NCBI GenBank assembly: GCA_001643675.2
Contig: LSRY02000003.1
Span: forward strand, 1,178,001-1,242,000
From: Monocercomonoides exilis PA203
Lineage: Eukaryota > Protista > Preaxostyla
Direction: 5' to 3'
DNA length: 64,000 bases
Within the stretch, counting starts at the first letter, position 1. Every line of letters begins with the position of its first letter. The translations under genes were made by a program, and so were the position numbers. Shown here one piece after another: positions 13,100 through 24,291 of this stretch. The notes under the pieces were generated by a model. That model had not been told where the DNA came from. It worked only from the letters and a program-made list of their open reading frames with translations, and did not search any database.

Positions 13100-16000
13100 A
13101 TGAAAGTTGCAATAAATATTGTTGCGTTGCTATTAATTGTTGTAAACTGCAGTAATGGCAAAAACATTGAAGAAACGCAATATCATCAAAAATGGAACGG
13201 GGAGATGCAGAGAAGCATGATCAACATTGCAGATGAAAATAACAAGGGAAACAATTATTTTTACAATTCATTTACAAAAGTTATAAAACTAGCTGACAAT
13301 CACATTTGCAGCATTCAAACAAGTCTAAATATCGTCAACACCTCCTTGTGTGTGACCCATCTCAACATCATCCCCTTCAATGGTTGCCCACTCCTCACTG
13401 CCCAGCACCACTCCGCTGCTTCCATCTGCTCCTCTATTTGCAAAGTCAACCCGGCAACAAAATCTCCGCTTTTCCTCTCAGCCCATGCCTCCCTCGCCCT
13501 CACAAACTTCTCCCTCACCACCCACCAACCTGCCATCCTCTCCTTCCCCCTCTTCTCCACCCCAAACAATCTCCTCCCAGATCCCCACTCCCCAATCCCT
13601 GCCTCATTCTCCATCTCCCACTCCTCTTTCTCCTCGTTCGTCTCCCTCATCCAGCCTTTTCTTTTTTCTCCTTTTTCCCTCTCTTCCCCTTCCCCTTCTC
13701 CATCTCCTTCCCTTTCCCCTTCTCCTTCATCTCCCTCATCCTCATCCTCATCCTCTTCTTTTTCTTCCCCTTCACCTTCCCCTTCGATTTCCTCTTCCTC
13801 TTCCCCTTCCCTTCTCCATATCCATCACCAATCCCATCCCCACCTCCAAATCCACCTCCATCTCCATCTCTCAAACACCCTCTTCTCCAACATCTCCTCT
13901 CCCCAATCCCCTCTATCTCTTCCATCCCTTCCCTCACACTCACTCAACCCATTCACCTCAACTACTTCTTCCTCTTCTTCCTCTTCCACCAACACCAACA
14001 CCAAAACAATCCCTTCCTTCTCTCTTCACTCATCCATCTCCATCCACTCAACCATCTTCATCCACACTCACAACCCCATCGATGGTGCCATTCTCCCAAA
14101 CCTCAACAGCCCATCCACTTCTCTCTCTGCCTTCAATGCTTCTTTCCTCCACCAAACTCGCTCTTCACCAAATGCTCCTGTTGTATATGTAGGAAATGAA
14201 ACTCACAGAAAATCACCTGGAAGATTGACTTCATTTGATGTGAACAATCATCGCTTTGAGTGGTGCCAATGGAATGTTTCAAAAGGTGGATCAAATAACG
14301 GCGGAGCTCTTAATGTTTATTGCGCGAATGCAAATTTATCGATCACTTCATGCTCATTCAACAAATGTTCAACAAACAGTTATGGTGGAGCGTTATTATG
14401 TGAATATTTGTTGAAAGTCAGCCTCACAAAGACCAATTTCACAAGTTGTTCAGCTGCTCATGGAGGAGCAGCCGCGATATGGAGCCCTCAATCTAATTCT
14501 GATTGGACATTCCAAGATAACAGAGTGGAAAGTTGTTCAATAACAGATTATTGTGGAACTGGTTGGCATTTTTCCCTCTATTACGTTTCATCAAATGCTC
14601 AATTCCTGTTCACCAAATGCAAGTGCATCTCAAATTCTGGTGGTGATTCCACTGGTTCTCTCACATTTCTAAGTCCACCACACAATAAGCCAAATCAATT
14701 TTTGGTTGATGATTGCCAGTTTATCAAAAATGAATTGACTGCCTCTTCTAATTATGGAGGCGCCGCCATTTACTGTTATGCAACATATAACTGGATGAGC
14801 GGAAATAAATTCATCACATTCTGTTTCTTCGATGGAAATACAGCAACTAATGGCAGAGGGAATGATGTGTTCTTCAGTGGCAATGCCATCACTCAATCTC
14901 CATTTGAGAATTGTGGATCAACAACCCCAACAAAAAGAGTCTGGAATGCAGGAACAGCAGATAATGCTGAGTACAATGGCTGGCTCCCCCTCATCGCCCA
15001 GAACAAAATCGTTGCCAACAGCGGAAATGATGTTGATGGTTGCGGAAAAACACGCCAAAGCCCATGCGCCACCATCGAGTATGCCCTCAACGGCTTCATT
15101 TCCCTCCTCCAAGACGCTTCCCTCACACTCCTCTCCTCAACATTTGTTCCCACTCAAACACTCACCTTCAGCGCGGTTGATACAAAAATCACCGGAAATG
15201 GCACAGGTGCCACCACCATCGCCTCAAGTGGCATTCCCCAATCACAAAACTCATATTCGCAGTCATCACAATCAACATCATCTCTTTCCTCATTTTCATC
15301 AATATCAACATCTTCTTCACCAGATCCATCTGCCTCGTCTGCCCTCTTCCAGCAAACACAGGGCTCCCTCACAGTCTCTGCCCTCGCCATCGCTCACAAC
15401 TCCACAAACGCCATCACTCCAATCCTCTTCCACCTCTCCGATAACTCCCCTTCCCTCAACCTCAACACAACCACCATCACCGGAACAACCTCCAATTCAA
15501 TCACCACACCCCTCTTCTTCCTCACTGCTGGCTCCCTCGCCCTCAACCACACAGCAATCACCCAACTCGCCCTCAACAGCCAAAGCATCTTCCACCTCAC
15601 CTCCCTCACAAACCCCCTCACCCTCAACTCCTCCAACATCACCCACATCACCTCCACAGCCACTCCCACCAGCTGTGTCCTCTCCTCTGCCGCCTCCCCT
15701 GCCCTCTCCCTCTCCCTCGCCAACTGCACCATGACCAGCATCAATTCAGAACAGTTGAGCCAACAAACTGCCACCAATGGCGGGTGCATCTCATTCGCCT
15801 CATCTGTCCCTGCCAACACATTTTCAGTGAGGAACACAAATTTCTCCACCTGCTCTGTGAGCGAGGATACAAGTTCTGGAGGAAGAGGCGGTGCTCTCAT
15901 GATCGAGTTCAATGAAGGCTCACAAGTGTCAGAATCCTCCTTTTCCATCACCAATATCGTGTTTTCAGCCAACAAGGCGAGTGTCGGAAGAGATATGTAT

Positions 16001-19000
16001 TTTGTGTGCGAATCATTTGTCGCTTCTGTGAAGGAACCATTATTCGCCTTCATGGGAAACATCCCTCAGAAAGACAACTCAGTTGTTGGACATGATAGAA
16101 CAGAAGCATTCGGTGATTGGGATGTCGATTTGTTTATATTCTTTGACGGTTACTTTGATGATACAATATTTGTGGATGTAATATCAGGAGTGGAAGAGGT
16201 GTATTGCGGTCTGGAAAAGGCACCATGTTTGAATGTTAATTATGGGATGGGGCGTTTGAAGAGAACACTGAATGTTAAAGAGGAAATTATTGTAATCTCA
16301 AAATCGTCTTTAAGGGGATGTGTGGATGTGGGTGGAATGTGCGTGAAAGCAAAAACTGAGACAATTGTGCAGATTGAATGTCAAAGGGATGTGAGTGGAT
16401 CTGAAGAATGCATTATGAAATCGACATCACCGACAGAAATGAAGTTCATTGGAATTATTATTCCATCGAGTTTTAACAGAACAGTCTCAGCAGTGATCGA
16501 ATCGAGCACTCAAAATGGGGAGCTACACATGAAGAATTGTGCGATGAATGTTGTTGGAGGAAAGGAAAATACAATTGGATATTTCTTGATCAAATCGACA
16601 GGGAAGATGGTTGAATTGGACTCTGTCACGATTTCAGATGTGAAATCATCAGTCTCGCTATTTTCATTTTCACTTTCCTCATCAAATATGAACGATCAGG
16701 AATACAAAGTGAAACTATTGAATTGCACACTGCAAAGATTGGAAATTGATGGAGGTGAAGAGGCAACAGTGTTTGGAGGGAGTGTGGGAGTTGGGATGAT
16801 GATAAATGGAAGCAATATTGAAGGGCATTGTCGGAAAAGAGCAAAGAAGGAGGAGCGCTGAAAATAGCGTTGAATGAAGGAGGATATATGACAATTCAAG
16901 AGAGCTCATTTGTTGGATGTGTTTGTGAGAATAAGAGTGAGGGAGGAAAAGGAGGAGGAGTGTATCTGGATTGCAGTCTGAATGAAGAAGCATTTCAGCT
17001 TTCATCGATATCGTTTTCTGGATGCTCAGCAACAGTTGGGAAGAACATGTTTGTGAAGAGCAGCAGTCTGGTGAACAGTGTGAAAATAGAGCGTTTTGCA
17101 TTTGATTACTCGGGATATTCTAATGATGAGAATGCATTTGTTGGGAAAGATGGAAAATATGAAGAAATGGATCTTCGAGTATTTCTTGTTGAACTGAAGT
17201 GGGTGGAGGTGTCTGTATCGACTGGTGGGCATGACACATTGGGATGTGGAGATGAAACATTTCCATGCCAATCTATGAAAAGTGGAATTGACCACATTGA
17301 CAGAAGTGGAACAGAAGGAGAAAGGAAAGTGAAAGTGAAAGATGAAGGAACAATTGAGTATATTTATTCCTTTACAGATGCTCTTGTGATCGATGGAGAA
17401 GCCATTAAACATAAGACTGTTCATTTTGAAGGGACAATCAAAGGGAATTCAGCATCAGCATCTTCATCTGTTATTTTATCAACAGTATCACTCAGCTTGC
17501 TATCATTGAAGCTGCAGATTCCAAGTCAATTTGTACCAAGTATAAATACACTGATCTCATCGAGTGGAGATCTTCAACTCGAAAACTGTTTATTTGAGAT
17601 GCGATCAACAGATATTATTCAATACTCATTGATAACCACAACAACTGGAAGTTGCACATTGAATGGATGCAGTTTGACAGATTGTTCATTTGCCAAATCT
17701 CCCTTGGCGATTTCTTCTTCTGTTTTGTTTGAAAACAGCAACTTTTCAAATATTGTGAACGCTGGAAGCAGTGGAGAAGGAGGTGTTGCAAAAGTGACAT
17801 TAAAAGGAAATGAAGAACTGGTGATTAAATCAACAAATGCATCATCTTGCTCACTTTCATCAAGCAATGGGAAAGGAGGATTCTTGTATTTGGATTGTGA
17901 AAATTGTTTGAATGAAAATCCATTTATTTTTGATACTGGCGTAACATTTGAGAACAACAATGCAACTTTTGGAAAGAATATGTTCATTTTGGCAAAAGAT
18001 TTTAACAGTTCTGTTACGAATGAGTCATTTGCCTTCAATTACTCATCAATGAAAGATGATAACAATTTGTTTGTGGGAAGTGATAACTTTCACTCAAACA
18101 AAGATTTGTTCATGTTCCTCGTTCCATTCAGCTCATTTGAGATATTTATCTCATCAGAAGGATTTGATGTTGCAAGATGTGGAAGTGAGGAAGAACCATG
18201 CAAAACGATGTGGAAAGGGATGAAAAATATGGAAACGGGAGATGATATGAAAACAATTCAAATATCAGGATCAACAATTATTCAAGATTCATTCAGCATG
18301 TCCAATTATCAGATCAAAAAGGCTTCATCAATGGGAGAAGAAGATACAAAAGCAACTTTGAATTTTGAAAAGGCAGTTGGAAGTCAACTGGAATATTTCA
18401 TGGAAAATGATGATCATTTTGAATTGATGAATATCCAACTGCAACTGGAATCGGGATTTAACAACTCAGCCAAAACGATTATTTCAAATAAAAATGGAGA
18501 TTTGGTGATAAGTGGATGCTCATTCCATTCAGAAGCAGGAGTGAATAGTGAATTTGATTGTGTATTTGTGGATGTGATTGGAGGAACTGTGGAAGTGAAT
18601 GATTTGTCGATTGAATCATGCAATGTTGGAAACAGTATATTTGTCATTCATGATGCTGGAGTTTCTTGCCATTTGATGAATGTTCGAGTGGAATTGTTGA
18701 ATGAAAGTGGAGGTTGCATTTTATCGATCAAGAAATCTGAATTAACAACAAAGATAAATGAAGAAGGAATAAATATTGAGATTGATAATTCATCATTTTC
18801 AGGAGTGAAGAGAAGTGACAATGGACCAAGCATTTTGGAATCAAAGAGTGACAAAAAGATTTGTTTGGTTGTGAATTCGAGCAACATCACAGAAGATAAG
18901 GCAGAATATAGTGAAAAAGGAGGGGCGATATTCTTCACATTGGGTGCTTCAGGATCAATGAAGATGATTGGCTCAACAATCAGCCATTGCAGCTGCAGCA

Positions 19001-22000
19001 ACAACACAGGAAGAGGAGGAGGAATGTATTTGGCAACAAAGGAAAGAGGAGGATTAAATTTCACATTTGTGGGGATGAAATTCAATGGAAATACAGCAAA
19101 GGTGGGAAATGATATTTTCATTGAATGCTTCAACATCACATCGCAGATCAATGAAAGGCAATTCCAATTTGATCTTCGAGAAGGTCATTACAATCGCAGT
19201 AATGCAATATTTGGAAGAGATGAGTGTGATTATCCAAGTGATACTGATCTGATTGAATTTGTGACGATTCATCAGAGTGACACAATTGTTGTGAGCAGTG
19301 TGAATGGAACGAATGAGAGACAATGCGGAACAAACACACTTCCTTGTTATTCAATTAATCATGGGCTGATACATATGACTTCTGATTTCATAAGTCAAAT
19401 GTTCATTGTTGAAGAAAGTGTGATTGAGGAAGAGATGAATCTGGAGGAGATGAGTCTGAGTTCGAAGAGCAGAGATTTTTGTGAAGTTGAAGTGAAACCA
19501 GAGATTACAAGTGAAAAGAATTCTTTGATTTCAACAATAGGAACAGTCTCATTGTTGAGAGTGAATTTTGTGTTTGATTCGAATTTCATTTCTCAACATG
19601 AATCATTAATATCACCAGATGGAGGAATTCTTGAGATAATGAATTGTTCTTTTTCATCTAAGCAATTAATAGAAGATGGAATTGTTGCTTTTACGAGAAT
19701 TCCATTTCACATCATAAATATGGCAAAGGGAGAATTACAAATCATGGAATGCAAAGTGACAAATCTTGTGCTTCATAAATCTGCATTATATCTTTCATCT
19801 TCTCTTCCATCAGTAATTGATTCATTATCAATTTGCAATTCTACAATAGAAACTTCTCTGATTGATATAAATGAATGTGGACAATTGAAAATTGATAGAC
19901 TGCTTGCTGAAAATATCACAGTTGAAGGAAAAGAAGAATCATTGATATATTGCCTTTCAATGAAAAAGACAGTGCAATTGGCAAATTGCACAATAGGTGG
20001 AGTCAGTTCAAAGACCACAAAAGGGAAATTGATGAAAGTGGAGAATGGTTTGGATGTGAAAATGGACAGTTGCATTTTCGATGGGAGTTCAAAGGAAAGA
20101 AATGAGCAATATTTGAATGAGGAAGAAGAGATGTGCAGATGGGATGGATCTCTTGTTGATATCACCAAGAGTTCTGTTTTGATGAAAGATACAACATTGT
20201 CGAATTCACCAGATGGCGGAATAACAATGAGCGGAGGAAATGTGAATATTGAGAAAGGTGAGTTTTTGAATAACAATCCATCAATTGAAGGATATCCATC
20301 ACTGAGAAGAAACATCATCTGTTCAGATTCTGGAACATTGAATGTGATGAGTTTGAAAGGAGGAGATGGATTGAAGGATAATACATCACTTTGGATGTTG
20401 AATGATGGGTGCAGTTTTGAGGGGATTGTTTCAGAAAGAGATTCATCATTCTTCATTCCAGTGTTGGAAAGCGTGGAAGCAAAAGAAGAGACAGATAGAA
20501 TGAAGTTGATATTCAAAGGGATGCTTCTTTTTCCATGCAATCTGTCATTCTCAATTGTAAAGAGAAAAGGAGAAGAGAAAGAGATAGAAAAACATGATTT
20601 TGATTCAAATGGGTTTTTGTCAGAAAGAGAAGTTGAAGGAAGTGTGGGAAAAGATCTGATCAGCAGTTGTGGAGATGAAATCGAAGTTAGTGTGCACATT
20701 TTGTTTGGGAATGCTGAATCTCCATCATCAACAAATCCATTTATTCTGAAGAATTCAACTGTATCTGATGGAGATGGAAACATTGCGAAAAGAGGAAACC
20801 TGACCAGTTCATTGTGGATAATAATTACACTTATGATTGTTCTTTTTGTAATTCTTATATCACTTGTAATATTTATTGTTCGATGGAAGAAGGCAAAGAG
20901 AAGAACAGAAGAATTGGAAGTGATTGTGAATGATAACATCAGAAAAGATCCGAAGGCATTTGAAATGGTGACGATGGAGATGTCACCAAAGGAGCAGTGG
21001 AGGAGAGCAGAAAGGGAGGCAGAGAAGAAAAATGAAAAGAGGACAAAGAAGAGAGAATATGAAAAGAAAATGCATCATTCTGAGTCATCTGAATATCTTT
21101 TGGCTGAAAGTGGATCAACGGAATACATCCTTGGACAAGATTCTGATAAAAATGGAGAATGGAATTTGGAGAAGAAAGAAGAGACACAAAAGCGAATTCC
21201 ATCACCATCAATCTCATCCACAGATACAGAAACCACATTTGTTCGGGTGGAGGATTTGTTTCCAACAACCTCATCGATGTCGAATCTGGTGGATGCAATG
21301 GCATGTTCATCGCCTTATGAAAAGCTGATTGTGGATTTGAGAGATTCGTTGTTCATGCTGCTTCATGGGAGGAATGAGAAGAAAGATCTGGCGATTGGCA
21401 CATTGAAGGAGAGAGAGGTGACAGGAGCGCAGATGCTGTTCTGGGTGGCGAATGGAGCGTTGCACTCGCTTGAAGATGAGGAAGACGAACTTCCCTCTTT
21501 GCGAGACCTGAGTCCGCACATTGTGCTGTTCTCGGAGCACATGGTGATCTGCATTGCCCTCCGCTCCGACTGCTCCTCGTCATCTGATGATTCGGATTCA
21601 TCCTCAACCGCATCAACCACGATTGTGACATCTGCAAGTGAGGATGATGATGATGATGATGAAAGAGATTCTCTGCCATCATCAGCGTTTGAGGATGATG
21701 AAGACAAGTGGAAGGAGTGTTTGAGGTGGAAGGCACCAGAGCTGGTGAAGAACAGGAGGATGGGAGCAACAGAGAAGTCGGTGGCATTCTCGATTGGGAT
21801 GATGCTGTGGGAGTGTGTGACACTCGAGATCCCGTTTGGGGAGTATGAGGGAGTGGTGGCAGGGCAGAAGATTGCTGATGGAGAGAAGCCGGATGAGAGG
21901 GGGATTGAAGAGAGCATGATGAAGAATGTGGTGGATGCATGTCTGTCATCAGAGGCATCGAAAAGACCGACACTCACTGAAGTGAAGAAAGAGCTTGTTG

Positions 22001-22131
22001 GACTGTTTCCTTCTGGGACATTTGTTGTGACAATGGCAGATGCGATCATTCTTGAGGAAAGCAGTGAAGAAAGAGAAGAAAATGATGAGAGCAAAGAATG
22101 TGAAAAGGAAGGAATACTGGAAAGAGAATGA
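13100..22131 (+). CDS. Giant (~3010 aa) receptor-like protein: signal peptide, Ser/Pro/His linker, GGA(I/L)/FxxN beta-helix (Pmp/pectin-lyase-like) repeats, TM, TKL-like pseudokinase; one frameshift at ~16823
   Basis: ORFs 13100-16861 and 16828-22131 join if one G is restored: GAAGGGCATTG here versus GAAGGGGCATTG in the paralogue at ~61545. Repeated CG....PC motifs. TM at ~20810-20880. RWKAPE and SIGMMLWE near the C-terminus. Intronless. Confidence 0.9.
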
Positions 22132-23567
22132 GATGAAAGACATGTTTGGCAAGGAATGAGAACTGAAAGCAAAAGAAACATTAACAAAGCATGAATGCTT
22201 GATGTCAGAGAAAGAAAATTGTTTCAACATTTTTGACTCAATTTTGATTGCAGCTGAAATTCACTTCGTTGATTTTTGAGGTGAGTGTGAAAACAAGAAA
22301 AAGGTTGATTGAACATGAGTATTTTGAGATCGGAATGTTTTCAAGTGAATGAAAGATGATTTTTTATAGTGACTTTTAAAGACCTTTTTTTTTAAATAAA
22401 ATATGTAAATTTAAAAAAGTTTTATACAACATTTAAAAGGAAATGAGGAAATTATATTTTTAACCAGCAAAGAAAAATGTTTACTTCGAGTTGAAGAATT
22501 CGAAAACAATAAAACTACCTTCAAAAAGAATATTATTCTCACGAAATAAAAAAATGACTTTTTGTATTCTAATCTGGAGAAAACATTTAAAATTGTAATA
22601 TTGAAATTCATAAAAAAAGCAATTTTGCAGCGGTCCTCTCATCAGCAATTCGATTATTTTATTTCTGATGAATTCAAAAAGAAAGGAAGGAAGGAAGGAT
22701 AACTTTAATAAATAAACCAGATCATATTTCATCTCACTCAAAAAATGAGCAAACAAACAAAAATTTAAAATTAAAAACAAGAACAAAAAATAGAATAAAT
22801 ATATTAGACAAAAAATAAATCAATCAATCAATAAATCAATAAAATTATGTGCGGGAAAACACGGACATTTGATTCTTTTTATGCACAAAGCATGCATAAA
22901 TTGATTTTCTCATAACTTTATCAATCATTCTCAGATTTCTAAATTAATTAGTTTTTCTAATCTGCAAACAGTCATCATAGATGTTATTTTTAATATTTTT
23001 GTTTCATTCCATGAATGCAAAAAAAATGAGCACATTTTTATTGAATCTTTTGAACACAAAAAGTTAACAAATAGTGCATAATTTTTCTATGAAATTGCCT
23101 GAAGTGAAATATTTTGTACCAAATCATAAATTATTTTAAAAACAAAAAAGGGCATAGGTGTAACTGCGTCCCTTTTGCAATTCTTGTTTTTAGACATTAA
23201 TTTTGTGATGTTTGAAATGCAAAAATTATTTAAAAACTTTTGTATGGACCGGTTTTTCGCAAAAATTTTTGTTTCTCGTGAAAAAACCATTTTTAAAAAT
23301 GACCCATAAATATGAGTATTTTTTCAAAAAATAAATAAAATTAGATAATAATGAAATAAAAAGTGGATAAAAGGTCATTAATTATTATATTGTCCTATTT
23401 TAATAATAATGATTTGGGAAATAAAACATAAAAAAAAATAAATTAAAAAATTAAAATATTTTGATCAATCCCACAATTAAATTTTTAATATCCAAAAAAT
23501 AAGAAATTAGTTTCTTTCATCGTGAATTGAACCCTCGTTTGCGAACATATAACGAATCATATATATA

Positions 23568-24017
23568 CAGTCAAAACCGGATATAATCACGTCGAATATA
23601 ATCACATTCGCATATAGTCACATTTTTCCATGCACCGACATTTTTGGCCTATTTTTCATTCATTTTCCATCGCATACAATCACAGGGCTGAAAATATATA
23701 ATCACATTTTTTGTTATTATGGGTGATTATTTCAATGAAAAATCGATTTTTTGATCAAAAATCTCAAATTTTCGCGTTTTCAAAAATGTGCTCAAATAAG
23801 TCAAAATAATATGTATTTATGAAAAAAATTGTTTTCGCGAGTGAAAAATGCGTTTTAATGAAGAATTTTCGAAAATGAAAAAATCGACCCAAAATTAATT
23901 AATTAATTGATTGATTTTTATTTTTTTCTGTGTTAAGCAGCATCGTATATTATCACAATCGGATATAGTCACAAAAAGTTGTGCAAAAACAGATGTGATT
24001 ATATCCGGTTTAGACTG
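23568..24017. mobile_element. 450-bp Tc1/mariner(pogo)-type MITE in the left arm of element B
   Basis: TA|CAGTCAAAACCGGATATAATCAC ... GTGATTATATCCGGTTTAGACTG|TA (22/23 TIR match, TA TSD). Internal repeats of ATATA(A/G)TCAC. Confidence 0.85.
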
Positions 24018-24291
24018 TAAATATAGTTTTAAAGTGTGTGATAAATAATTATCAATATATCATTCAAATCTTTATGAATTTTGTTTATGATTTTTAGGAA
24101 GATTATTTGCATGCAGCACAAGGATATTATTATTAAACTATGGTGCCAATGAATAAAGAAGAACAAACAAATCGTGTGAAACATTCTTTTTAATTATTAA
24201 CATTGTTTTATTAAAATTTTTCGCAAAACACATTAAATATCATTCATTTTCTTATGAAATTAAATAGATGTTAAATGATAAGCATTAATCA

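Noticed and set aside
14170-14985. Diversity-generating retroelement behind the variable domain
   Set aside because: No reverse transcriptase or template/variable repeat pair was seen, and differences between paralogues are not confined to adenines.
13306-15734. Long overlapping alternative-frame ORFs (also 58027-60554 and the antisense ORFs within 37517-46702)
   Set aside because: Shadow ORFs caused by C-rich or low-complexity composition that lacks stop codons.
12400-23150. Full-length receptor gene itself being inside a Merlin element
   Set aside because: No GGCATAGG/CCTATGCC terminus was found upstream of 13100 or 57821, and B's TSD pairs 23151 with 36079.
23087-23290. Short repeated ORFs (23087-23290, 26488-26862, 26708-26890)
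   Set aside because: Chance translations of TIR sequence.
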